DNA of 64,000 nucleotides from Abditibacterium sp. (GCA_965199495.1 CBDASK010000003.1:2976001-3040000), one strand, 5' to 3'; shown: positions 28,722-38,710, counted from the stretch's first letter. Notes: a model not told the origin generated them from the letters alone. A program made the numbers and translations.

Positions 28722-29257
28722 TTTCCGCCTAATTTGAAATCCGCAACATCTGCATCTGAAAGCTCGAACCATTCACCTTTCACTCTTTTTTCTTCAAACC
28801 TTTGGTGCCAAAAACGCTCAATCTCATTTCGTTCACTTGTCCAGATTATATGAATACGTTCAAGAGTATCAGGTAAACCCAATTCGATACTTTTGATTCT
28901 TTCATAGCAATTGCTCGACTGACCAATCTTGTAGCGATTGCCAGACTTCACTAAGTAGACACCCGAATGAATCAAATCAACAGAATCAGGAGGAAGCAAA
29001 TCGTCTATTGTGTTTATGACAGCTGAGTAAAACTCTTGGGTTCGCAAACTTGGATTATCTGCAGACCAACCCACTAATTTATAGGCTCGATTTCTTAAAC
29101 CGAAATACCTGTGTAGGCGATTGTATTCACGGTCATACGTCTGTAATTCGGCCTCGTCCAAGATTGGCGATAGACGAGGTTCGATTTGCATAGCCTGTTG
29201 AAGTAACGCATTACCTTTCATTCTCTCAACAGCGTTCTTTTTAGTCCATTTACGCAT
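28718..29257 (-). CDS. GIY-YIG family (T5orf172/MUG113-like) protein, low GC
   Basis: VYLVKSGNRYKIGQS, ERFWHQRF and VKGEWFEL motifs. Confidence 0.85.
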   Translation of the reverse strand: MRKWTKKNAVERMKGNALLQQAMQIEPRLSPILDEAELQTYDREYNRLHRYFGLRNRAYKLVGWSADNPSLRTQEFYSAVINTIDDLLPPDSVDLIHSGVYLVKSGNRYKIGQSSNCYERIKSIELGLPDTLERIHIIWTSERNEIERFWHQRFEEKRVKGEWFELSDADVADFKLGGK

Positions 29258-29340
29258 AGTAAACCTTTGTCCCTACATCAAAAAGTAAAATAGGAAGCGG
29301 CGCCGCTCTTTCGAGCCACGCCGCTTTTGTTCGGCTCAAC

Positions 29341-30756
29341 TTACTTTTTCACTTTCGGCGCGGGCGCCTTGATATGCGTGGCTTGCCCGAACGTCACTTC
29401 CGCCGCTTCCATCACGGTTTCGCTGAGCGTTGGGTGCGCATGAATCGTCAGTTTGATGTCGTCGGCCAAGGCGCCCATTTCGATGGCGAGCGTGCCTTCG
29501 GCGATGAGTTCGCCCGCGCCGCTTCCGGCGATGCCGACGCCCAAAACGCGATTGGTTTCGGGATCCAGAATCATTTTGGTCAAGCCATCGGTGCGGCCCA
29601 ACGTCACGGCGCGTCCGCTCGCGGGCCAGGGGAACTTGGCGACTTTAATTGGGCGCTCCATTTTGGCGGCTTCGGTTTCGGTGAGTCCGGCCCACGCCAA
29701 TTCTGGATCGGTGAAAATTACGGCGGGAATCGCGTTCGGCTCGAAGACGACATCGTGTCCGGCGATGTGCTCGACGGCGATGCGGCCTTCGTGCGAGGCT
29801 TTGTGCGCCAGCATCGGGTCGCCCGCGATGTCGCCGATGGCGTAAATCGTTGGTTCAACCGTCTGGCGCGCGCCGTTGACCGGCACGAAACCGCGTTTAT
29901 CGAGTTCGATTTTCGTATTTTCCAAACCCAAATCGCGCGTGTTGGGCGTGCGTCCGACCGAAATCAAGACTTTATCGAAAACCGATTCGCCCGGATGTTT
30001 GCCCTCGAACTTGACTTTGATTTTGCCTTTCTCTTCCTTCAATTCGGCGACTTTGGTATCGAGCGCGATGTCTTTGAAGTTCGATTCCAAACGCTTTTGC
30101 AGAATCGCCACCAAATCGCGGTCGGCGCCCGGCAACAAGCCCGACGTGGCTTCGACAACTGTCACTTCGCTGCCCAACGCCGAATAGACGCTGCCCAGTT
30201 CCAAACCGATGTAGCCGCCGCCGATGACGAGCAATTTTTTCGGGATGGTTTTAATCAACAACGCTTCGGTTGAGTCCATTACCAGTTCGGGATTGATGTT
30301 AAACGCCGGAATCACGGCGGGGCGCGAACCGGTGCAGAGAATCGCTTTGTCGAAGGTTAATTTTTCCTCGCCCTTTTCGGTCTGAATCGTCAGCGATTTG
30401 TTGTCGTTGAACTTCGCGCGGCCCTGAATGTAATTGATTTTGCGGGCTTTGGCCAATTGGCCGGTGCCGCCCGTCAATTTCTGGACGACGCCCAACTCAA
30501 AGCCGCGCAGTTTGTCGAGATCAATTTTCGGCTCGCCGAAACTCAATCCGTAATCGGCGGCTTCGCGCGCTTCGTGAATAACTTTGGCGGCGTGCAGCAA
30601 AGTTTTCGACGGAATGCAGCCGCGATACAAACAAACGCCGCCGGGATTGGCTTCGAGGTCAACGAGCGTGGTTTCGATGCCTAAGTCGGCGGCCAAAAAC
30701 GCGGCGGCATAACCGCCGGGGCCAGCGCCGATAACAACTAATTTGGTGTGGGACAT
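29341..30756 (-). CDS. lpdA: Dihydrolipoyl dehydrogenase (E3)
   Basis: GAGPGG, GGVCLYRGCIPSK and HAHPTLSE motifs. Confidence 0.97.
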   Translation of the reverse strand: MSHTKLVVIGAGPGGYAAAFLAADLGIETTLVDLEANPGGVCLYRGCIPSKTLLHAAKVIHEAREAADYGLSFGEPKIDLDKLRGFELGVVQKLTGGTGQLAKARKINYIQGRAKFNDNKSLTIQTEKGEEKLTFDKAILCTGSRPAVIPAFNINPELVMDSTEALLIKTIPKKLLVIGGGYIGLELGSVYSALGSEVTVVEATSGLLPGADRDLVAILQKRLESNFKDIALDTKVAELKEEKGKIKVKFEGKHPGESVFDKVLISVGRTPNTRDLGLENTKIELDKRGFVPVNGARQTVEPTIYAIGDIAGDPMLAHKASHEGRIAVEHIAGHDVVFEPNAIPAVIFTDPELAWAGLTETEAAKMERPIKVAKFPWPASGRAVTLGRTDGLTKMILDPETNRVLGVGIAGSGAGELIAEGTLAIEMGALADDIKLTIHAHPTLSETVMEAAEVTFGQATHIKAPAPKVKK

Positions 30757-30771
30757 AGTTTTGGTAGAACT

Positions 30772-30870
30772 CCGTAGAGACACCGACTTGTCGTGTCTAA
30801 AATTTAACGCTCACCTCAATGTCGAAGTAACTCAGGCGTTTTTAGACACGACAAGTCGGTGTCTCTACGG
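30772..30870. repeat. GTAG-type REP doublet, copy 3 (variant sequence)
   Basis: CCGTAGAGACACCGACTTGTCGTGTCTAAAA and its perfect inverted copy. Confidence 0.9.
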
Positions 30871-30880
30871 GGGTGTGAGG

Positions 30881-32242
30881 CTAACCTTCCAGCACAATTA
30901 AGTTCGGGTCTTCGATCAGGCTCGCCAGAAAACGCGTGAAGCGCGCACCGTTGGCGCCATCAATCACGCGATGATCGTAGCTCAAGCAGAGCGGCATCAT
31001 CATGCGCGGCTCGAAAGTGCCGGATTCTTTGTTCCAAATCGGCTCCATCGAACCGCGCGCGATGCCCAAAATCGCGACTTCGGGCGTGTTGACAATCGGC
31101 GTGAATGCCGTGCCGCCGATGCCGCCCAAATTGGAAAGCGTAAACGTGCCGCCCGACATCTGTTCGGGTTTGAGCTTGCCATCGCGCGCTGTCGCCGCGA
31201 TTTCGTTCAATTCGACGGCCAGTTCGATGATGCCTTTGCTCTCGCAATTTTTAATCACCGGCACGACCAAACCGCGCGGCGTATCAACAGCCACGCCGAC
31301 GTTGTAGAACTTTTTGCGCACGACTTCGTTGGTCGCAAAATCAATCGAAGCATTGAAATCGGGGAATTTTTTCAACGCCGCGACGGTGATTTTGAGCAAA
31401 ATCGCGGTCGGCGTTAATTTCGTTCCGGCTTTCTCGGCCAGAGCGCCGTATTGTTTGCGGAACGCATCGAAAGCGGTCGAATCGGCTTTATCGAATTGGG
31501 TGACGTGCGGAATCGTCCACGCGCGCGACATCTGCGTCGAAGTCGCCTTGCGAATGCCCGACATCGGCACGCGCTCGGTTTCGCCCAGTTTGGAGAAATC
31601 GGGCAACGCGGGCATTTCGATGCCGCCGGTTTGCGCCGCAACTTTGGGCGCTTCGGGCGTCGCGGTTTTGCCGAAGTTTTTCACGTCGTCTTCGGTGATG
31701 CGTCCACCCAAACCGGTGCCTTTGACTTCGTGAATATCTACGCCCATTTCGCGCGCCATGCGGCGCGTCGAAGGCGCGGCGGGCGCCGGGTCTTTCACGA
31801 CTTCTGGCGTATTGACGACGGGCGCGGGCGCTTGCGTACCGACGGGCGCGGCGGTGTCCACCATGCCATCGTTTTTGACGGGCGTTGCGGCGGGAATTTG
31901 TCCAGTCGCCGGAGCGCCGACTTTGCTTTGGCTGGCGGCGGTCTGCTCGGCGTCTTTCGATGCAGCCGCAGTCGCCGTGGCTGCTGTTGCGGGCGCGCTG
32001 GTGTCCGCGCCATCTTCAAAAGTGAAAATCGGCTGGTCAACTTTTACCGTGTCGCCCGCTTTAATCAAAATTTCTTTGATGGTGCCTTTGACGGTGGAAG
32101 GCACTTCTAAAACCGCTTTGTCGGTTTCGAGTTCTAAAATCGATTGGTCTTGTTCGACGCTGTCGCCAACGGCAACGAGAAGTTTGGCAACAACGCCAGA
32201 ATCGGCGCTTTCGCCCAGGGTCGGCAATTTATATTCGGCCAT
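30881..32242 (-). CDS. 2-oxoacid dehydrogenase E2 (dihydrolipoamide acyltransferase)
   Basis: Lipoyl motif LETDKA, E3-binding domain and DHRVIDG. Confidence 0.95.
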   Translation of the reverse strand: MAEYKLPTLGESADSGVVAKLLVAVGDSVEQDQSILELETDKAVLEVPSTVKGTIKEILIKAGDTVKVDQPIFTFEDGADTSAPATAATATAAASKDAEQTAASQSKVGAPATGQIPAATPVKNDGMVDTAAPVGTQAPAPVVNTPEVVKDPAPAAPSTRRMAREMGVDIHEVKGTGLGGRITEDDVKNFGKTATPEAPKVAAQTGGIEMPALPDFSKLGETERVPMSGIRKATSTQMSRAWTIPHVTQFDKADSTAFDAFRKQYGALAEKAGTKLTPTAILLKITVAALKKFPDFNASIDFATNEVVRKKFYNVGVAVDTPRGLVVPVIKNCESKGIIELAVELNEIAATARDGKLKPEQMSGGTFTLSNLGGIGGTAFTPIVNTPEVAILGIARGSMEPIWNKESGTFEPRMMMPLCLSYDHRVIDGANGARFTRFLASLIEDPNLIVLEG

Positions 32243-32335
32243 AAAAAGGGAGTTCTCCAAAAATTGCGCGTGATGCGCGCTTCGGCTTGCTCGCTAAACA
32301 GGATAGCAAATTAAGCGCGCACTCATCTTTTTACT

Positions 32336-32913
32336 TCAATCCGATAATTCAATATCTTCGTAAATCTCGTCCAGCGACAACTGACAATTGATCGCCGTTA
32401 GTCGCACAATGTTGTTGGCATCGGCCAACGTTTCGCTGCGCCAGATTTCGCCGTCGAGAAAATGATGTTCGACTTCAAATGGCGTTTGCGCAATCAGCAA
32501 ATAATGGCGCAACGACGGCAACTGTTTGTAGACGGTAAATTTGGCGTTGCAGTCGTTAAAGCGAGCAGAGCGCGACAAAACTTCCACGATAACGACGGCA
32601 TCGAGCAGAGTGTCGGATTGATTCGCGTCGTATTTTAAAGGCGGACAGACGACCATGACATCGGGGAAAGTCTGAATTTCGGCGGACGCGATTTTGAGGC
32701 GTTGATCGCCCACGAAAGGCTCGCAAGGGCGCCCGCGCAACTGAACTTGGAGTGAAGACCCAATGCTTAAAGAGATGCGATTATGATCGGTGCTGGCCCC
32801 GCCATCGCGTAGATTTGCCCACACCAAAACTCGTGTTTCAGGTTCGAGTCGTTGTCCATTTGCCAGTATTCTGCTTCGGTGTAATTGTATTCGGGTTGAC
32901 GTTGCGCGCTCAT
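32336..32913 (-). pseudogene. Uma2 family endonuclease, frameshifted
   Basis: MSAQRQPEYNYTEAEY...KHEFWCGQIYAMAG from 32913 joins ASTDHNRI...FPDVMVVC...IVEVLS only if one base is added in the run at 32797-32800. Confidence 0.8.
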
Positions 32914-32940
32914 GCTCTAAGTATCGCCAATTGTCCGATG

Positions 32941-33035
32941 GTGAGACGCCGATTTATCGCGTCTAAAACCTATCGCTTGCCGCAAACGTGACAACAATTT
33001 CAACGTTTTAAAACGCGATAAATCGGCGTCTCTAC
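32941..33035. repeat. GTAG-type REP doublet, copy 4
   Basis: GAGACGCCGATTTATCGCGTCTAAAA...ACGCGATAAATCGGCGTCTCTAC; supplies the stop codon of the NtrC-type gene. Confidence 0.85.
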
Positions 33036-34378
33036 GCCGCAAACGTCCGCACCGTTTCGACATCGCAATTCAACAGTTTTGCCGCCGCTTTCTGGTCGCC
33101 CTTGGACTTATCCAACGCCATTTTTACCAATTCCGGCAACGTCGGAATCGTGTTCACGTTGCCGGTGGCTGCATTGGGCATATAGGAATTGCCACCGTTG
33201 AGATTGCCGCCCAACAATAGATGCCGCGTCTCGATTTGGTCGCCTTCGGCCAAAATCATCGCGCGCTCGATGCAGTTTTCCAATTCGCGAATGTTGCCCT
33301 TCCAATTGTGATTACGCATTGAAGCCATCGCTTCGTCGGCGACTTTCATGTCTAATCTGCCGGTTTCTTCGCCGTATTTCTGTAAGAAATGATTGACGAA
33401 ATACGGCATATCGCCCGGTCGCTCGCGTAATGCTGGAAGTTCAATCGGAACGACATTCAAACGGTAAAACAAATCTTCGCGGAAAGTGCCGTCGGCAATG
33501 GCGCGGCTCAAATCGCGATTGGTCGCGGCGACAATTCTCACATCCACTTTGATGGTTTTGCTGCTCCCGATGCGCTCGAATTCGCGCTCTTGCAACACGC
33601 GCAATAATTTGACTTGAACGCTGGGCGCGACTTCGCCGATTTCGTCCAAGAATAACGTGCCGCCGTGCGCCCATTCAAACCTGCCGATACGCTGTTGCGA
33701 AGCGTCGGTAAAGGCGCCTTTTTCGTGGCCGAACAGTTCGTCTTCCAACAAATGTTCCGGCAGCGCCGCGCAATTGACTTTAACGAACGGTTTGTCGGCG
33801 CGCTTACTTTGATAATGAATCGCGCGCGCCAGAACTTCTTTGCCGGTTCCGCTTTCGCCGGTAATTAGCACGGTCGCGTTGCTTTTGGCGACTTTGGCGG
33901 CGGTGACGTAGGCGGCCTGCATTTTTTCCGATTCGCCGATGACTGTCTCGAATTTATAGCGCGACATCAATTCGTTTTGCAGATATTTATTTTCGTCAAT
34001 CAAGCGCGTGCGCTCCAACGCGCGCTTGGCGACATGAGCGATTTCGGCGATGTTGAACGGTTTGGTCAGGTAATCGTAGGCGCCCAGACGCATCGCTTCG
34101 ACGGCGCCGTCTTTGGTGGCGAAACCGGTCACGACGACGACCGGCAAATTGGGACGGCGCTTTTTGACTTCGCGCAACACGTCGTTGCCAGTGATGTCGG
34201 GCAGTTTCATGTCAGTGAAAACCATGCCGATCTCGTCGCCTAATTCGTCCAATTTGGTGATGCCATCTTCGCCTTTATATGCGACATGGACTTTATGGCC
34301 TTCGTTTTCCAAAACGTCGACAAACAATTGGGCGAGCTTTTTCTCGTCGTCAATAACTAATACGCTGGTTTCGTGCAT
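33032..34378 (-). CDS. Sigma-54-dependent response regulator (NtrC/AtoC family)
   Basis: REC domain, GESGTGKE, GAFTDA, FLDEIGE and WKGNIREL motifs. Confidence 0.95.
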   Translation of the reverse strand: MHETSVLVIDDEKKLAQLFVDVLENEGHKVHVAYKGEDGITKLDELGDEIGMVFTDMKLPDITGNDVLREVKKRRPNLPVVVVTGFATKDGAVEAMRLGAYDYLTKPFNIAEIAHVAKRALERTRLIDENKYLQNELMSRYKFETVIGESEKMQAAYVTAAKVAKSNATVLITGESGTGKEVLARAIHYQSKRADKPFVKVNCAALPEHLLEDELFGHEKGAFTDASQQRIGRFEWAHGGTLFLDEIGEVAPSVQVKLLRVLQEREFERIGSSKTIKVDVRIVAATNRDLSRAIADGTFREDLFYRLNVVPIELPALRERPGDMPYFVNHFLQKYGEETGRLDMKVADEAMASMRNHNWKGNIRELENCIERAMILAEGDQIETRHLLLGGNLNGGNSYMPNAATGNVNTIPTLPELVKMALDKSKGDQKAAAKLLNCDVETVRTFAA

Positions 34379-34674
34379 GATGAATTATAAATCAAAAATT
34401 CGGCAAATACGCCTGTTTGTTCTACCGAAAGGTTTTAGCCTTATTCTTCTGTTTGAATGCGTTACCTGTCAAGTCCCAACGCAAGTTTGATTTATTCGCG
34501 CAACCTTTGGGGAAATAATTTGATTTGTCCTCGCTACGACAGAGGACGCAACAGAACTGGGGGAGCCACGGCGGCGGCGCTTCGTTTAAAGACGGACTCG
34601 CCATTTCCTTGTATCATAGGAAGAACGCGCGCATTTTTTAACGCGCAGTTCTCTCGTTGAGTCCTTTAGATTAT

Positions 34675-36969
34675 ATGCCGGAAACCCTTACTTCCACCGA
34701 CGATACGCAGGTCAAACCGTTGCCCGACGCCGTGCGCGACATTCTGGGCACCGTCGGCGTCAACGGCGATGCCGTGTTGCAGTTGCAGACCGACATCGGT
34801 TCCAACGGCCACTTCGCCGAACGTTATCTGGTGGCCACGCCGCAAAAGTTAGTCATCGTCGCCAACAACGGCTCCGCCAAAATAGAGCGCGAAGTGCCCT
34901 TGTCGGAAATCGGCCACATCGAATCGCGTGGACTGGCGGGCACGGCCAGTTTAGAAGCGCGCCTCAAAACGCGCGACGGCGAAAAAGTCGTCGAGCTTTT
35001 GCGCGGCTCTAACGCGCGCGCGCGCGAAATGTCGCAGGCCGCCGAAAAGATCAACCAACTGCGCGAAACCGGCGAAATCCCGGCGCCGCGCACCAAAGAA
35101 AAAACCAAGTTTTGCCCCAAGTGTGGGCGGCCTTTGCCGGTTGATTCCAACGTCTGCGCGTTCTGCAATGACCGCGTCGCCACGCTCAAACGGCTTTACA
35201 GCTATATGATTCCCTACAAGCGGATGGCGATTGTTTCGGCGCTGCTCAACTTGTTCACGGTCGGTTTGGGATTCGTGCCCGCGCTGTTGACGCGCCAACT
35301 GATTAACGGCGTTTTCACACCTGCGGTTGATAAAGGCGCGGCGGCGGCGGTGGCCAATCAAAAATCGGGCGAGGCGATGCAGACGCTTTATTGGATGGTC
35401 GGCGCGATTCTGCTGACGGCGGCTCTCAACGCCGTGGCTGGTGTTGTGCGCGGGCGCATCGCTTCGTATCTGGGCGCCGCCGTGTTGCACGACATCCGCG
35501 CGCAACTCTATTCGCATTTGCAGCGTTTGTCGGTTTCGTATTACGACAAACGTGAAGTCGGCGCCGTGATGAGCCGCGTGCAAAACGATGTCGGCGCGAT
35601 TCAGAACTTTTTGCTCGACACCGCCGAATCCACCATTATTTCGCTGCTCACGATTGCGGGTGTGGTCACGGTGATGCTTTATCATTCGCCGTCGCTGGCG
35701 TTTTTCGTGCTGCTGCCGATTCCGTTTGTGATTCGCGCGACCTTCAAATACTGGACGGGCCTGATGCAGTTGTGGCGCCGCGTGTGGCACCAGAACTCGG
35801 TTTTGGGCGCGCGGTTGGCCGACGCATTGGGCGGCGTGCGCGTGGTGCGCGCCTTTGGCGCCGAAGAGCGCGAAGTCGGCAACTTCGTGTCGCGTTCGGG
35901 TTCGCTGCGCGACGCCACCATGAACGTCGAAACCAAGGCGGCCAACTTCTACCCGATCATCAGTTTCGTGATGGGTTTGAGCTTGCCCATCGTCTACGTT
36001 TACGGCGGCTCGTTGGTTTTGAAAGGCACGCTCGACTTTGGCACGCTCATTCTGTTCACCATGCTTTTGGGCATGATCGCCGGGCCGGTCACGCAGTTGA
36101 CGCGTCAGGTTTCGGCCATCACGCGCGCGACGACTGCCGCCGAGCGCGTCTTTGAAGTGATGGATTCCGAACCCGAAATTCAGGAAGCCGAAAAACCCGT
36201 CGCGATGCCGAAGATGGAAGGCGATGTTGAATTTCGCAACGTTTCGTTTGGCTACGAGCGCGAGCGCCCGGTTTTGAAGAACGTCAACCTCGACATCAAA
36301 GCGGGCGAAATGATCGGTTTGGTCGGCCATTCGGGCGCGGGCAAGTCAACGCTGATTAACCTGTTGTTGCGCTTCTACGATGTGACCGAAGGCGCGCTTT
36401 TGATTGACGGCGTGGATATTCGCGACATCAATCGCGACGATTTGCGCCGTCAGGTCGGCGTGGTTTTGCAGGAATCGTATCTGTTCCACGGCACGATTTA
36501 CGACAACATCGCCTACGGCAACCCCGACGCGACGCCCGCGCAGGTCATGGCGGCGGCGCGCGCGGCGCACGCCCATCACTATATCGTCGGTTTCCCTGAT
36601 GGTTACGATACGCTCGTCGGCGAGCGCGGCACACGTTTGAGCGGCGGCGAACGCCAGCGCATCGCGATTGCGCGCGCGATTTTGCACAACCCGAAAATCT
36701 TGATCTTGGACGAAGCCACGGCGAGCGTGGACACCCAGACCGAAGCCGCGATTCAAGGCGCGTTGCAGAATTTGACCAAGGGCCGCACGACGTTCGCGAT
36801 TGCTCACCGTTTGTCAACGCTGAAAAACGCGGATCGTCTGGTCGTCATCGAAGGCGGCCAGGTTGTCGAAGTCGGCACGCACGACGAACTCATGCAAAAG
36901 CGCGGCGCGTTTTACCGTCTGGTGCAAGCTCAACAGAGCATGAACCAAATCGTCACCGTTGGCGGTTAA
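34675..36969 (+). CDS. ABC exporter (fused permease and ATPase) with N-terminal extension and zinc ribbon
   Basis: CPKC...CAFC, transmembrane domain, GHSGAGKST, LSGGERQR and LDEAT. Confidence 0.93.
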   Translation: MPETLTSTDDTQVKPLPDAVRDILGTVGVNGDAVLQLQTDIGSNGHFAERYLVATPQKLVIVANNGSAKIEREVPLSEIGHIESRGLAGTASLEARLKTRDGEKVVELLRGSNARAREMSQAAEKINQLRETGEIPAPRTKEKTKFCPKCGRPLPVDSNVCAFCNDRVATLKRLYSYMIPYKRMAIVSALLNLFTVGLGFVPALLTRQLINGVFTPAVDKGAAAAVANQKSGEAMQTLYWMVGAILLTAALNAVAGVVRGRIASYLGAAVLHDIRAQLYSHLQRLSVSYYDKREVGAVMSRVQNDVGAIQNFLLDTAESTIISLLTIAGVVTVMLYHSPSLAFFVLLPIPFVIRATFKYWTGLMQLWRRVWHQNSVLGARLADALGGVRVVRAFGAEEREVGNFVSRSGSLRDATMNVETKAANFYPIISFVMGLSLPIVYVYGGSLVLKGTLDFGTLILFTMLLGMIAGPVTQLTRQVSAITRATTAAERVFEVMDSEPEIQEAEKPVAMPKMEGDVEFRNVSFGYERERPVLKNVNLDIKAGEMIGLVGHSGAGKSTLINLLLRFYDVTEGALLIDGVDIRDINRDDLRRQVGVVLQESYLFHGTIYDNIAYGNPDATPAQVMAAARAAHAHHYIVGFPDGYDTLVGERGTRLSGGERQRIAIARAILHNPKILILDEATASVDTQTEAAIQGALQNLTKGRTTFAIAHRLSTLKNADRLVVIEGGQVVEVGTHDELMQKRGAFYRLVQAQQSMNQIVTVGG

Positions 36970-36982
36970 AGTTGGAAATTGC

Positions 36983-37016
36983 AAAAAAGGGACGCCGTGT
37001 CTGCGGCGTCCCTTTT
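36983..37016 (+). terminator. Intrinsic terminator
   Basis: AAAAGGGACGCCG-TGTCTG-CGGCGTCCCTTTT hairpin after the ABC gene. Confidence 0.75.
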
Positions 37017-37100
37017 CGTTAGCCAAGCGCGGGATTTGGAAAAACGGATGATTTTTAGAAAAAACTTAAATTTTTCCTGCGCAGGAGATTTCCCTTGTCA

Positions 37101-37116
37101 AGGCACCTCACTTGCT
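37101..37116 (+). promoter_or_regulatory. Candidate sigma-54 (-24/-12) promoter
   Basis: AGGCACCTCACTTGCT, with exact GG-N10-GC spacing, upstream of the YsnF/AvaK gene. Confidence 0.55.
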
Positions 37117-37210
37117 TGTTATTTATTTCAATTGCCCGCATCAGAAATAACGGACAATAGAAATTTAGCGGCGTGTCAAGTGAGAGACGCCGATTCACAG
37201 GAAAACAAAA

Positions 37211-37984
37211 ATGCAATATCCAAACGATTTAGCTCCCCTTCACGACCTCAAAAACTGGAAAATCGCCGATGGCGAAACCGACCCGCGTGGCCTGACTTTG
37301 ATCGGTCGCGGCAATCAGGAACTCGGCACCATCGAGACGTTGCTGGCCAGCCCGACGACCCGCAAAGCCCATTTCGCGATTGTCAACCCGACGGGGAGCG
37401 GCAACAAGTTTTCCGTGCCCTTGGACAATGTGCGCTTCGACATGAAAAATCGCCGCGCCTATGCGCCCATCGCGATGGAAAATTTCGCCGATGCGCCCGG
37501 CTACACGGCGGGCAATACCGATTACTCAGCGTCGCACGATTACTGGACGCAAGCCGTCGCCGCCCAGCCGGTGGCTGATACCGACCGCTACGATCAGCAC
37601 CATCACGCCGACGATGTGATTCAGTTGAGCGAAGAAGAATTGCACGTCAGCAAAGACCGCGTGCAGGCGGGCGAAGTCGCCGTCGGCAAGCACGTCGTGT
37701 CCGAGCAAAAGAGCGTGACCGTTCCGGTCGAACACGAAGAAGTCGTGGTCACGCGCCACGCCGTAGACCGCGAGATTGATCCGTCGCAAATTGGCGCCGA
37801 AACCGAAACCGTTAGAGTTCCAGTCATGGCCGAACAGGTTTCGACCAACGTGACGGCGCGCGTCGTCGAAGAAGTCGAAGTTGGCACGCGCACTGTGCAG
37901 GAAGAGAAAACAGTGACTGACACGATTCGCAAAGAGAAACTGGACGTGAATAGCGATGGCAGCGTTGACGTTAAAAACGCGTAG
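37211..37984 (+). CDS. PRC-barrel plus YsnF/AvaK (DUF2382) domain protein
   Basis: DPRG...LGTIETLL (PRC barrel); LSEEELHVSK, VPVEHEEVVVTR and VTDTIRKE (YsnF). Confidence 0.88.
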   Translation: MQYPNDLAPLHDLKNWKIADGETDPRGLTLIGRGNQELGTIETLLASPTTRKAHFAIVNPTGSGNKFSVPLDNVRFDMKNRRAYAPIAMENFADAPGYTAGNTDYSASHDYWTQAVAAQPVADTDRYDQHHHADDVIQLSEEELHVSKDRVQAGEVAVGKHVVSEQKSVTVPVEHEEVVVTRHAVDREIDPSQIGAETETVRVPVMAEQVSTNVTARVVEEVEVGTRTVQEEKTVTDTIRKEKLDVNSDGSVDVKNA

Positions 37985-38100
37985 TCGCAAAAGCAAGAAA
38001 GCCGGAGTTTGCCAACGCAAATTTCGGCTTTTTCTTGTCTGTGATTGCGGTCAAACGTTTTTTCCAAATGGCAACAATGCGTCATACTTCTTCCATCTCT

Positions 38101-38586
38101 ATGACCGACTTCATTAATTTATCTCAACTGCATCTCGAAATCGCGCCCGACGATACGTTGCGCGCTGTTATCGAAGGCGATAGATGTGGCCGCGACCTTC
38201 AGGTTTTGCGCGCCTTCCCGTTGTCTTCGCCCGACGAACACATCGTTTTGCGCGACGGCGCAGGCAAAGAGTTGGGCGTTATAGAAAAATTAAGCGATCT
38301 CGACCACGACCGGCGCGAGTTAGTGAAAATCGCCTTAGACCGCCAGTATTTTCTGCCGCGCATCTTGAAGATTAACTCGCTCTACGAACGTTTCGGTTCG
38401 GCGCAATGGGACGTGGAAACGGATCGCGGGCCGGTAATAATTAGCTCGAAATCCATTATTGATTCGCTCGCCGAAATCGGCAAGGGGCGTTATTTGTTGC
38501 GCGACACCGAAGATAATCGTTATGAAATCCGCGAAGTCGAAAAGATGGATGAAGTTTCGCGCCAATTCTTCGCGGGCAAACAGTAG
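38101..38586 (+). CDS. DUF1854 domain protein
   Basis: RAFPLSSPDE, YFLPRILKI, WDVETDRG and DTEDNRYEI motifs. Confidence 0.85.
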   Translation: MTDFINLSQLHLEIAPDDTLRAVIEGDRCGRDLQVLRAFPLSSPDEHIVLRDGAGKELGVIEKLSDLDHDRRELVKIALDRQYFLPRILKINSLYERFGSAQWDVETDRGPVIISSKSIIDSLAEIGKGRYLLRDTEDNRYEIREVEKMDEVSRQFFAGKQ

Positions 38587-38710
38587 TTTTCGTTTGAGGA
38601 TTCATTGAGTAACAGGTTAGCTATGCGAGCGAATTTATTCGCTGAATTGAGTAAAATTGCACTCCTCTTCTTTCTCCTGACGAAATTAGAACGGTTGGGA
38701 GAGGTGGGTT

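Noticed and set aside
34400..34560. c-di-GMP-I riboswitch (GGCAAA...GAAA...GGACGCAA fragments)
   Set aside because: The fragments are too far apart and the P2/P3 stems could not be built by eye.
34951..36330. 459-aa minus-strand ORF, and similar long ORFs at 4313-5335, 23675-24646, 29374-30273, 52873-54330 and 57540-58700
   Set aside because: Antisense shadows of better-supported genes in GC-rich DNA, with no recognisable motifs.
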